Origin: Candidatus Woesearchaeota archaeon CG1_02_57_44
GTDB lineage: Archaea > Nanobdellota > Nanobdellia > Woesearchaeales > CG1-02-57-44
Assembly: GCA_001871415.1 (NCBI GenBank)
Contig: MNWW01000067.1
Location: 1-64,000 of the forward strand
Direction: 5' to 3'
Length of the DNA: 64,000 nt
Shown in pieces: positions 49,468-59,075 of this stretch (the first letter of the stretch is position 1; the number at the start of each line of letters is the position of its first letter). The notes beneath the pieces were generated by a model. The model was given only the letters and a program-made list of their open reading frames with translations. It was not told where the DNA came from and did not search any database. The position numbers and the translations under genes are program-made.

Positions 49468-50205
49468 ATGTCCGATGATAGTCATTCAGGCGCTGTACCT
49501 GCGCAGGCAGCGCCACGCATCATCGTGCATCGCGTCAATACCCTGCAGAAGCTGGCCTTGGTGCCTAAGCACTTCGGCGTGGAAGTGGATATCCGCACGC
49601 GTGATGGTGTCCTGGTCATGGACCACGAGCCATGGATGCAAAGCGCTGGTGGTATGGCTGATCAGGGTCCAGAGCAGAAAGACTCTGGCTCTTCGCGTCA
49701 AGGACCCGAACGCTTTGCGTCTCTGGTCGCGGCACTTGAGGGGCGCTTCATCGTCCTGAACCCGAAGGAAGATGGTCTACAAGACGCCATCCTCACGGTG
49801 CTGCGCAAACACGCAGTGACTGACTATTTCTTCCTGGACCTTCCTTTTCCCACTATCTGGCAACTGTGCCTCGCGGGAGAGCATAAGATTGCATTGCGCT
49901 TCTCCGAGCACGAGCCTCTTGAGGCAGTGCTTGCCATGAAGGGGCGGGCCGATTGGGTGTGGGTGGATACGTTCACACGACTGCCGCTGGACCGGCGCAG
50001 TCATGATGCGCTCCGCTCTGCGGGCTTCAAGCTCTGCCTGGTATGCCCGGAGCGATGGGGTAGGCCTGAAGACATCCCTATCTATCGTCGTCAGATGCTG
50101 GCAGAGGGGCTATGGGTCGATGCGGTCATGACTGCGCTGGAGCATGCGCAGGACTGGACAGCCCCTCTTGATGTCTCCGGGTTGCGGACAGGGGGGAAGC
50201 GCTGA
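49468..50205 (+). CDS. GDPD/PI-PLC-like phosphodiesterase
   Basis: HRVN, GVEVDIR..DH, N.KE, RFSE.E, WVWVD. Confidence 0.82.
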   Translation: MSDDSHSGAVPAQAAPRIIVHRVNTLQKLALVPKHFGVEVDIRTRDGVLVMDHEPWMQSAGGMADQGPEQKDSGSSRQGPERFASLVAALEGRFIVLNPKEDGLQDAILTVLRKHAVTDYFFLDLPFPTIWQLCLAGEHKIALRFSEHEPLEAVLAMKGRADWVWVDTFTRLPLDRRSHDALRSAGFKLCLVCPERWGRPEDIPIYRRQMLAEGLWVDAVMTALEHAQDWTAPLDVSGLRTGGKR

Positions 50206-50978
50206 TGGCAGGCGAAGGCGACATGTACGGCAAGGGCTCACTGGATGGACAGATGAACAAGTTCGCGAAGGATCAGGAAAAAAATAATACGACAGATGAA
50301 GCGCCCGACAACGGCAAGGAGGAACCTGGGATACTACGGGCTGCGCTTCTTGACCTGGATCATACGCTCTATGACTATCGTCCTTGCCACGCCGCTGGCA
50401 TGCAGGCCATGCTGCAGCTGGCTGAAGAGAAACTTGGTCTGGATAAAGAGGGGTTCAGGACAGCATATCGTCAGGCGCAGGAAGAGAACAAGCGGCTGCT
50501 GGTGGGTACTGCCGCTGAGCACTCTCGTCTGCACTACGCGAAACTGATTGTAGAGTCTCTTCTCGACGAGACAGACGCCGCTCTTTGCCTCGCTATGGAG
50601 GAATCTTACTGGTCAGCGTACCTGGATGCCATGCAGCTGTATCCAGGTGTCTCGGATTTTCTTGACTATTGCAGAGAACAGTGGATCAGGACAGGTATCG
50701 TCACGAATCTGACCACTGCTATTCAGCTGCGAAAGATTCAGGCGCTTGGCATCGTTGTGGGTCTTGTCGTGACCAGCGAAGAAGCAGGAGTCGAGAAGCC
50801 AGAACCTGGCATATTCAAGCTCGCGCTGGACCGTATTGGCTGCCAGGCGCAAGAGGCGCTCTTCATCGGCGATGACGCACATCGCGACATAGCCGGAGCA
50901 AGAGCCATGGGTATGCGCGCGCGACAGATACACTCAGGCAAGGACTGGGATGACTGGAAGACGTTTCTTGAGTCCTGA
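50205..50978 (+). CDS. HAD-superfamily hydrolase
   Basis: DLDHTL, TN, EKP, IGD...DI.GA. Confidence 0.92.
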   Translation: MAGEGDMYGKGSLDGQMNKFAKDQEKNNTTDEAPDNGKEEPGILRAALLDLDHTLYDYRPCHAAGMQAMLQLAEEKLGLDKEGFRTAYRQAQEENKRLLVGTAAEHSRLHYAKLIVESLLDETDAALCLAMEESYWSAYLDAMQLYPGVSDFLDYCREQWIRTGIVTNLTTAIQLRKIQALGIVVGLVVTSEEAGVEKPEPGIFKLALDRIGCQAQEALFIGDDAHRDIAGARAMGMRARQIHSGKDWDDWKTFLES

Positions 50979-51194
50979 GCAGGCTGCGTACCACGTTACG
51001 GCACTACGCGGTTGTCTGATGTCGAATCGCTGTCCGATATTCGCAATCCCGCATCCAAACGCATATAAATGGATGGGCGCTACTTTTCGCATGGCGCCAT
51101 ACGGTGATTCCAGCTGCGCAGGACGGGTGGAGATTCTCTTTCTTCCACTTGTACTGGGGCCGGTCCATTGCCTGGCGCGAAAAGGGGTGAGTTG

Positions 51195-52118
51195 ATGAAC
51201 AACACTGCTGACTTTTCTGGCATACACATACCGCTGGTGACACCGTTCACTTCCACAGGCGAGCTCGATGAGAAGGCGTTGCGCACGCTGGTCGACTACT
51301 GCATCACCGAACAGCAGGCGGACGGGCTGATGCCCTGCGGCACCACTGGTGAGGTGCCGGCGCTGACCTTCGAGGAGCACAAGCGGGTCGTGACCATAGT
51401 GGTCAATCAGGCCAAGGGCAGGGTGCCTGTCATACCGGGCACAGGAAGCAACAACACCGCTCATGCCATCGAGCTGACGCGTTTCGCTGAGCAGGCCGGC
51501 TGCGCCGCCTGTCTGCAGGTTACTCCATACTACAGCAAGCCGAGCCAGGATGGCATCGTCGCGCACTTCAAGGCCATCGCGGCAGGCTCGAACCTGCCCA
51601 TGATACTCTATAACATCCCGGGCAGGACGGCGCGCAATGTGGAGCCTGCGACCATACTGCGCATGGCAAAGGAGATATCGACCATCGTCGGAGTCAAGGA
51701 CGCTGCCTGCGACATCGTGCAGACCGAGGCATTGCTGCAGGGCGCGGCATCACTCGGACGACCCTTCGTCGTGCTGACGGGCGAGGATCGTATGACTTTC
51801 CTGAACATGTGCCTCGGAGGACATGGCGCGGTCAGCGCGGTATGCCACATAGTGGGCAAGGAGTATCAGGAGATGTTGCGCCTGTTGCGCGAGCAGCCTA
51901 CGGGATACCTGGAAGCGGCTCGGGTGATACATTACAAGACCCTGCCTGTCGTGGCTGCATTGTTCTCCGAGCCCAACCCCGCGCCCACCAAAGCTGCGCT
52001 GCACCTGATGGGCGTGTTGCCTGATGACTCGCTGCGACTGCCGCTGCTCTCGATGACCGATGTCGGCAAAGAGAAACTCAAGGCAGAGCTGAAGGTGCTG
52101 GGCAAAGTCAAAGGATAG
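51195..52118 (+). CDS. dapA: 4-hydroxy-tetrahydrodipicolinate synthase
   Basis: TPF, GTTGE, PYY, YNIPGRT, GVKDA, NP...K; SD GGGGTGA. Confidence 0.93.
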   Translation: MNNTADFSGIHIPLVTPFTSTGELDEKALRTLVDYCITEQQADGLMPCGTTGEVPALTFEEHKRVVTIVVNQAKGRVPVIPGTGSNNTAHAIELTRFAEQAGCAACLQVTPYYSKPSQDGIVAHFKAIAAGSNLPMILYNIPGRTARNVEPATILRMAKEISTIVGVKDAACDIVQTEALLQGAASLGRPFVVLTGEDRMTFLNMCLGGHGAVSAVCHIVGKEYQEMLRLLREQPTGYLEAARVIHYKTLPVVAALFSEPNPAPTKAALHLMGVLPDDSLRLPLLSMTDVGKEKLKAELKVLGKVKG

Positions 52119-52120
52119 CG

Positions 52121-52236
52121 TCTTGTTGTCGTGTAGTGTCTGTTGTGATGGCGTATTGTCTGTTGTTGTCGTGTAGTGTCTGTTGTGATGGCGTATTGNN
52201 NNNNNNNNGTATTGTCTGTTGTTGTCGTGTAGTGTC
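52121..52236. repeat. GT-rich 40-bp tandem repeat (two related 20-mers) spanning an assembly gap
   Basis: Unit tgttgttgtcgtgtagtgtc-tgttgtgatggcgtattgtc; Ns at 52199-52208. Confidence 0.85.
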
Positions 52237-52521
52237 TTTCCTTTTATTGACAGACCTTTTTAGCTGTATGTGGTATTGTCGCAAATGATATTGCTTGTGA
52301 AGAATAATCGCCGGGCAGCGACCCTTACGCCCGGCCTTGTGTGGGGAAGTCCAGATGGCCGCTTGTCAGTTGTGTTGTGAATGTGCTTAATAATGGTGCG
52401 TGCGAAAATTACGGAAAATCTCCGGATTTCTCGGATGACACATTGACAAAGGATACCCTCTGGCCTTCCCTGTATGGTGTCCGGCAGGCAGCAGATGCTT
52501 CAGGGGCTGCTGGCTTACTGT

Positions 52522-53556
52522 TCACTTCAGCATCGCGCCGAGACCGAACAATATAGCCAACGCGTGAACGAAGAATCCCAGCACTGGGATGTGCATGAGG
52601 ATGCCCAGCACCAACGCGCCCAGCACCGCAGGCCAGATGCTCTTTCGCTTCGGCAGCAGAGCATCGCCGAGCCACATGGCTGAGAGGATAGGCGCAAGGA
52701 GCATCGCCAGGATGTAAGCGACGATGCCCAGCAGGGCGAGCGGGATGCCTATCAGGGTGATGAAGAGCAACAGGATGGCGAACGGCGCGAGCACGGCCAC
52801 CAGCAGACCTCCGAGGAACGCGCTGCCGGGTCTTTTCCTGAGGTTCTTGAGACGCTTTGTCATTGCCTTGGGAAAGAGCCATGCCGCGAGCAAGGTGACG
52901 ATGATGAAGCTGAGGATGGATGATACCTTGGCGGCATAATTCTGATTGCGCGCAGCTTTGGCGACACGTGTATGCTGCAGGAGCTGTCCGTTCACCGTCG
53001 CGCTATTGGTGAACGAGTCTGTTCCCTGATCGACGTTGCCGGAGACCGTCCCTTTCAGGGTCAGGCTTGTTGCGGTTGCCGTAAGGTTGCCAGCGATATC
53101 GCCGTCCACATTCGCAGTGTTGGCTTCTATCTTCAGGTTGCCATTGACCGGGCCGTTCACTATGATGTTCTGGCCTGTCAGGTAACCGCCCTTGCCGAGC
53201 ATGCCCTTTACCTGCACATCACGGGCGAGAGCGATGACCTCGCCGTGGATGTCGCTGTTGATGATGAGGGTTTGCGCGGCTATGCGCACATCGCCGCCGA
53301 TAGGGGCGTTGATGGTCACGGTCTGCGCTGCCAGTACGGCGTCATCGCCGATGGGCTGGTTGATGGTGATGGTCTGACCTGCAGCGTATAGATCGCCGGA
53401 GATGGGCGCATTCACCTGGATAAGATTGCCGGTCGCATACGCGTTGTCCCTGACAGGACTGTCAATGTTCTGAGTGAACGTCGCGGCCGAGACAGTGATC
53501 GGGACCAGCGTGATGAGCAATGCGAGCAGGAGTATTGATAGGGTTTGGGCTTTCAT
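52522..53556 (-). CDS. bactofilin-like beta-helix membrane protein
   Basis: Signal peptide, repeated I.IN.PI.GD...A units, C-terminal TMs with TLIGIP. Confidence 0.85.
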   Translation of the reverse strand: MKAQTLSILLLALLITLVPITVSAATFTQNIDSPVRDNAYATGNLIQVNAPISGDLYAAGQTITINQPIGDDAVLAAQTVTINAPIGGDVRIAAQTLIINSDIHGEVIALARDVQVKGMLGKGGYLTGQNIIVNGPVNGNLKIEANTANVDGDIAGNLTATATSLTLKGTVSGNVDQGTDSFTNSATVNGQLLQHTRVAKAARNQNYAAKVSSILSFIIVTLLAAWLFPKAMTKRLKNLRKRPGSAFLGGLLVAVLAPFAILLLFITLIGIPLALLGIVAYILAMLLAPILSAMWLGDALLPKRKSIWPAVLGALVLGILMHIPVLGFFVHALAILFGLGAMLK

Positions 53557-53770
53557 AGCCCTTGGTATAACGAGCTTGCATAAAATGGTTTTGGAGAAAG
53601 ATGAGATTTAGAAGTGAGCTTTTCGCGTCGGTGATATCAGACTCGTATCGTATTTGTCTTCACGTTGTGACGAAATAGGGGAAAAACTGCGACGCTTGCG
53701 CATATGAATGATGTATATTGTCTGGAATGGTGTACATTGTCTGATTCCTATGTCCTCACATTGGGTCTAT

Positions 53771-55486
53771 TCAATGCCTGCGTGGTTGGTATGGTATACC
53801 GTGCAGGTCTTTGCTGACGTATGTGACAATCGGCTTGTCGTCCTTCTGCGGAAAATCTGTCCTGAAATGTCCGCCACGGCTCTCTTCGCACTGCAACGCG
53901 GCAGTGGCCATGAGGTATCCGGCGAGCGTGGCATTACGGAGCTCGAGCGTCTCATTGCTCATGATACTGTCCCAGTACAGGTCCAATGCCGCAAGATGCA
54001 GGCCTCTCATGGCGTGCTGCGCCGCCTGAAGCCGTGGCCCGCTGCGCTCGATGCCAACCAGATTGGTGGCGATATGCCGCGTGCTGTCCCAGAGGGTGTT
54101 GCGCGCTGCTTCGTCTATCTCCTGGGTTGCATGGGTGTAGCGCCAGGGCCGCAGACTGTCTCTTGGTCGACGCGGATGTGACAGTGCGTCCGTCGCGGCA
54201 AGCAGTCCGTACAGCGCGCCTTCGGGCAAGGAATTGGACGCAAGACGATTCGCGCCCATGAGGCCTGTATAGGCGCATTCGCCGATGACATAGAGTCCTG
54301 TGATTGCGCTACCACCATGGATGTTGACAGGCACGCCGCCGCAGGTGTAGTGGGCGGCGGGCACCACCGGCGCGGACTGCTCGGAGATATCGATGCCCTG
54401 CTCGAGGCAGAATCTGAAGATGGTCGGGAATTCCTGCTCAAGCTGCTCACGGCTCTTGCCTGTCACAGCTGTTGTCAAGTTCAGCCAGACATTGCTGATA
54501 GGATTGCCCTTGCTGTGCTCCTGCTGCATGGCGGTGTAGATGGCGCGCGCGACAATATCGCGTGTACTGTGGCTGCTGTGCCCGGGCACGATGACGCTCA
54601 CGAGGTCCTCGGTGCTCTCTGGCGTCAAGGCGAGTACGCCTCCCACTGCTTCACCGCGCAGCGCCTCGGTCATCAGGAACCTGCGATTCGCGTTCGCGCC
54701 AGGATCGAAATAGACGGTGGGATGAAACTGCGTCTTGTCGAGGTTCAACACCGAGGCCCCTGCATCAAAAGCCATGACGATACCGTCACCGGTGATGGTC
54801 GACTGATTGCTCGTCACCTGATAGACCCTGCCTGCGCCGCCCGTGGCGATGATGGTGTTGCCTGCGGCGAATGTGCGCACCCTGCCGATCTCGCGGTCCA
54901 GGACATACGCACCACAACAGGTCTTTCCTTGAGCGGTGTTTTCTGTTATCAGATCTATGGCCGCGTGATGCTCAAGGACCGTGATGTTCGGATGTGCGCG
55001 GATGTGGTCTTCCAGGGACATCTGCACGGCATGGCCTGTATAGTCAGCGACAGGATACACGCGAGGGACGCTGTGGCCTCCTTCCTGATGCAGGACATAG
55101 ACGCCGTCTTTCCTGTCGAAGGCAACGCCTTGGTGCTCCAAATACCCGATGACATCCCCATAGGCGCGCCTGACGAACATCTCCACGACATCAGGATTAC
55201 ATGATCCATCGCCGGCGCGCAAGGTGTCCTCAACGTGCGAGCGGTAGGAGTCAAGGCCTGCCGCGACGGCCTCAGGCGACACAGCGGATATGCCTCCCTG
55301 CGCGAGATCAGAGTTGCACTCGTCCATGCGGCCCTTGGTGATGAGCGTCACGTCGGCACCGCGGTCAGCGAGCTCTAATGCTGCCCGGTCGCCGGCGATG
55401 CCCGAGCCGATGACCAGGTAGGGCGCATTCACCTGCGCTGATCGCTCGATGGAACCGGGCCTTGGCTTTACACCCTGCGGGCTCAT
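53771..55486 (-). CDS. nadB: L-aspartate oxidase
   Basis: GSGIAG, AQGG, EGGHS..R, QFHPT, TEALRG, AHYTCGG, GANRLASNSL, ESRGGH. Confidence 0.93.
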   Translation of the reverse strand: MSPQGVKPRPGSIERSAQVNAPYLVIGSGIAGDRAALELADRGADVTLITKGRMDECNSDLAQGGISAVSPEAVAAGLDSYRSHVEDTLRAGDGSCNPDVVEMFVRRAYGDVIGYLEHQGVAFDRKDGVYVLHQEGGHSVPRVYPVADYTGHAVQMSLEDHIRAHPNITVLEHHAAIDLITENTAQGKTCCGAYVLDREIGRVRTFAAGNTIIATGGAGRVYQVTSNQSTITGDGIVMAFDAGASVLNLDKTQFHPTVYFDPGANANRRFLMTEALRGEAVGGVLALTPESTEDLVSVIVPGHSSHSTRDIVARAIYTAMQQEHSKGNPISNVWLNLTTAVTGKSREQLEQEFPTIFRFCLEQGIDISEQSAPVVPAAHYTCGGVPVNIHGGSAITGLYVIGECAYTGLMGANRLASNSLPEGALYGLLAATDALSHPRRPRDSLRPWRYTHATQEIDEAARNTLWDSTRHIATNLVGIERSGPRLQAAQHAMRGLHLAALDLYWDSIMSNETLELRNATLAGYLMATAALQCEESRGGHFRTDFPQKDDKPIVTYVSKDLHGIPYQPRRH

Positions 55487-55666
55487 GATGGTGAGGAATT
55501 CCCCCTTGGCTATAATGGTTGTTGCATGGCAGGTTCCTGCTGCCTTCCATGCCACGGCTCCGGCAGAGGATATCGAATGTAGCAAAAGCACCATCCCATG
55601 TTCTCATTACACAATAGTGAATCCATCCAAAGCTTTATAAAGCACCTTGTAATTTTCGACGCTGTC

Positions 55667-58600
55667 ATGTCTTTTTGCACTCCTGAAGGCATCGAGGTCC
55701 CCGGGACGCCTGCCCGCCATGGCAGTGATGCGCGAAAGCAAGCGATAGCGCTGCGAAAAGTCGAGATCCTGCGCGGGCAGTACCTGGACTTCGGGGCTGC
55801 TGTCGCGCAGCGGCTTGGTGTCGAGGGATTCATGGACGATCTCGGATCACGAGTATCCACTGAGCGTCTCCTGCATGATGCAGGCAGACTGCTCGTCGGA
55901 GAATACAGCATGCAGATAGGCGGGCCGAGCATGGCTGCGTGCATGCTAACGCAACCGACCACATCATTCAACCATGCTGTCGGCAGCGCTGCACTGGATG
56001 CGCTGGCCGATGCCCTGGTCGTCGGTGTGGCCTTGAAAGGCTTCAGCTACGCGGTCGCTGATGCACAAGGGCAGGGGTTGCTGGGCCTGATGCAGGACGT
56101 GGTCGCTCAAGGTCCTATTGCGCTTCCGGGCTTATTGGACGGGTATTTCTCTTTCCTGCCGGGCAGCGCCTTTGAGCGGAATCTGGCGCAGGTGCTAGCC
56201 CATGATGGTGCTGGCGCGCAGGGGAACGGCAGGGTGCTTGGAATGCATGATGGGCATCTGGCAAGCGCGGTGGAGTCCGTCTTCGCAGATTATCAGGAAC
56301 AATACCAGCGGCGCCAGGACGAGCGCTTCTATCAGACAGGGTTTCTCTGGAAGACCGCATACCACGCGGCCGGTAGCATGATCGCCGGATGGGGCGGCGA
56401 CTATGCTCATCTTGCGCGACCATTGCTCACGCAGGTGATGCTTGAGAGGATGGGATGGTCTGATGCAGGACCTTCTGGTTCCAATGGGCACCTGCCAGAG
56501 GTCCGATCCATGAGTGTCGTGCAGGCAGCCTGCGTTGCATTGACCGGCATGCTGGAAGCGGCGGGCACCCCATTGCCGCGTTGTGTCTATGCGAATGGGC
56601 ACTTTGCGCCGGCGCATCTGGACAAATCCCCGCTCTGTGACCTGCTCCACGCAGAAAATCCCGCAGCGCAGGAAGATGTGTGGGACGGCATCAAGGCGTC
56701 CATGATGCTCGCCAATGGATGGTCCGAGGCACTACCCCTGCTTGTTGACGCTGACGGCGCGTACCTTCGGACTCTGCAGCACATGATGCCCGCGCTGGAT
56801 GCTAAGACCGTCATGTCGCAGACGACTTCTGCTCCAGCAAGGATGGTCGCGCAAGCCATCTACAATCTCGACAGGGGACATCGGGAAATAGCGCTCCATG
56901 AGCTCTCCCTTGCGATGCAGGCGACTGGCGACATCACGCAACATGTCCATGCAGGCGTCCGACGCGTCTGTTCCATGGACGGTCATGCACGTCAGGACCT
57001 TGGCATCAACCCGCAAAGAGCCTATGCGGAACGCTACACGACAATGAGCGTCAGCATGGCACGCGCGCTCGCCTATGACCTGCAGCAGCCGGTGGCGGCT
57101 ATGCAGTTGCTCGCTGACGTGCCTGCAGCCGCGGCCACAGGCAGTGTCCCGCTGGAGCTCGCGGCCATCGCGTATCATCAGGCATCGCTCGCTGCTGCGG
57201 GTCAAGAGGACGACGCTGCAACGCTGAGAGACGCAGGCAATGCCTTCATGCGACGGGTGAGGCAGCACGAGTTCCTGCCGTCCCCCCATTCCTATCTGCT
57301 CGGGAAACTCGCGAGCATGACGGCCAATGCCACGTCGCGCACAGAGCTCTGCGAGCTCATGGTCGGCGTCTATCAACCCTGCATTGAACTTGGCGATGAC
57401 ACCGCGCTCGTGCAGGCGACGCTGCAGTTCGCGCTCCATGAGCTGCATCTTGGCGCGCAGCGGGAGAAGACCGCGCAACTTGCCGAGGATATGGGCTATC
57501 GGTTCGCCACGCTGTATGGCTGCCCTGATTATGGCAGTCCGCATTTCCTCGCAATGCTCGAGAAGCATCTTCTTGGCGAGGATGCTGGTCTTTATGCACC
57601 TGCCATCCATGACCTCCACAGACAGGTCCTGCGGCACCGCAGGGATGCAGAAGAACATTTCTCGTCTTTTGCCAGCATCATCGGCTCGGTGGATCTGGCA
57701 GAGGATGCCCATTTCATCCCGATCGGCGATACTGTCTATCGCATGACCACTGGCGGACATCCGTTCGTGGAGCCGATAGCAGGCACGATCGCCATCAAGG
57801 TGACTGACGCAACAGAAGTGGATGCGCTGCGTGCTGTGCGGGCGGTCATTGATGATCCGTTTCCCATGTTTCCGGCTTCTGTCGTGGGCTACAAGGGGGG
57901 CTGCGGCGATCAGCAGGGCAACTACTTGCTGCTCCTTGCGCTTGGTCAGGGCACGCTTGCCATGGAAGCGCAAGATGCGCGCGTCCCGCTGCAGGATCGT
58001 ATCAGCGCATTGCTGCACGCTGGATTCAACTGGTCGCGGATGCCAAGGCAATTGCATCCTGAGGCATTGCCCGGATTGTTCACTGACGACGCTGACCACT
58101 ACGTCTGGACCGCTCGCGTTGCCCCTGAGGAACAGGTCGCCATCCCCCTGCGCAAGACACAACTACCGGGGGAAGTGGTGCGCAAGGTACTGGGAAAGGA
58201 TACGGATGCGGTCCAACGCTCAGTCCCTGAAGGCGCTGGCTATGTGGTGCAGGATGGCACGCGTGTGTATGTGCCCGGTCAGAGCAAGGCCCTGGACTGG
58301 ATGCTGACGTCACTTGACGACTATCACACAAGGGGCATGAAGCAGATAACCGATGGCATGGGGCGAGCGGAGCGCGAGGCCTACGCGATGAGCGGATGCT
58401 GTGTGCTCAGCACCAATCCTAAGCTGGAGAATTTCCTGGCAGATGGCACCATGATAGATTTTTCCCATCTGGTCGTCGGCGACCCGATGTTCTATTTCTC
58501 GCTCTTCACCATGGATCCGAGGATGGCAGCGCTGTTGCACTACCCCGTCGCCCTACGGCATGCTGATGCGCCGCGGCCTCTGGAGGATGTGCTCGTCGGC

Positions 58601-59005
58601 AGGTTGGCTGACATGCTCACCATGGTGACACCGCTTGCAGCGACAGGCGAAGAGGGGGATGCCATCGTCCTGCACCAGATGTTCGATTTCGCAGGCTCTC
58701 CTGCTGAGCATGGTGCAGACGCTTCCATGGTACGTGATGCCATCATCGCTTCTTACTGGCATCAGAAACCTCTGCAAGCCATCGGCTCGTCATTCGCCTA
58801 TGCTGCCCGGGAAGACTATGGCAGGGCGAACCTGTTCGCATGGCATGCGCTCAGCGCGCTGCTGCCCGGCTGCATCGGTGCCCGCCAGCTCGGCTACGCG
58901 TTCACCAACCTGGTGTTCAGGACAGGGCACGCGGAGATGCAGGAATTCCTTGCAAAAGAGTTTCCGGACCCTGCGCATTACGCATGCGCGGGAATAGTGG
59001 TGTGA
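55667..59005 (+). CDS. large hypothetical protein with a C-terminal degenerate APH/kinase-like domain
   Basis: >1100-aa ORF; STNPKLENFL...MIDFS...GDP.F. Confidence 0.75.
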   Translation: MSFCTPEGIEVPGTPARHGSDARKQAIALRKVEILRGQYLDFGAAVAQRLGVEGFMDDLGSRVSTERLLHDAGRLLVGEYSMQIGGPSMAACMLTQPTTSFNHAVGSAALDALADALVVGVALKGFSYAVADAQGQGLLGLMQDVVAQGPIALPGLLDGYFSFLPGSAFERNLAQVLAHDGAGAQGNGRVLGMHDGHLASAVESVFADYQEQYQRRQDERFYQTGFLWKTAYHAAGSMIAGWGGDYAHLARPLLTQVMLERMGWSDAGPSGSNGHLPEVRSMSVVQAACVALTGMLEAAGTPLPRCVYANGHFAPAHLDKSPLCDLLHAENPAAQEDVWDGIKASMMLANGWSEALPLLVDADGAYLRTLQHMMPALDAKTVMSQTTSAPARMVAQAIYNLDRGHREIALHELSLAMQATGDITQHVHAGVRRVCSMDGHARQDLGINPQRAYAERYTTMSVSMARALAYDLQQPVAAMQLLADVPAAAATGSVPLELAAIAYHQASLAAAGQEDDAATLRDAGNAFMRRVRQHEFLPSPHSYLLGKLASMTANATSRTELCELMVGVYQPCIELGDDTALVQATLQFALHELHLGAQREKTAQLAEDMGYRFATLYGCPDYGSPHFLAMLEKHLLGEDAGLYAPAIHDLHRQVLRHRRDAEEHFSSFASIIGSVDLAEDAHFIPIGDTVYRMTTGGHPFVEPIAGTIAIKVTDATEVDALRAVRAVIDDPFPMFPASVVGYKGGCGDQQGNYLLLLALGQGTLAMEAQDARVPLQDRISALLHAGFNWSRMPRQLHPEALPGLFTDDADHYVWTARVAPEEQVAIPLRKTQLPGEVVRKVLGKDTDAVQRSVPEGAGYVVQDGTRVYVPGQSKALDWMLTSLDDYHTRGMKQITDGMGRAEREAYAMSGCCVLSTNPKLENFLADGTMIDFSHLVVGDPMFYFSLFTMDPRMAALLHYPVALRHADAPRPLEDVLVGRLADMLTMVTPLAATGEEGDAIVLHQMFDFAGSPAEHGADASMVRDAIIASYWHQKPLQAIGSSFAYAAREDYGRANLFAWHALSALLPGCIGARQLGYAFTNLVFRTGHAEMQEFLAKEFPDPAHYACAGIVV

Positions 59006-59075
59006 ATGCAGTGGCTGCTCAGGGCTTTGGCATGGCCAATGGTGGTCAGGTGATCGCCACGGGCGATATTGGTCG

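Noticed and set aside
51062..51195. Canonical lysine riboswitch
   Set aside because: Leader is too short and lacks the AGAGGYGC core
52121..52236. CRISPR array at the assembly gap
   Set aside because: Units are head-to-tail with no unique spacers
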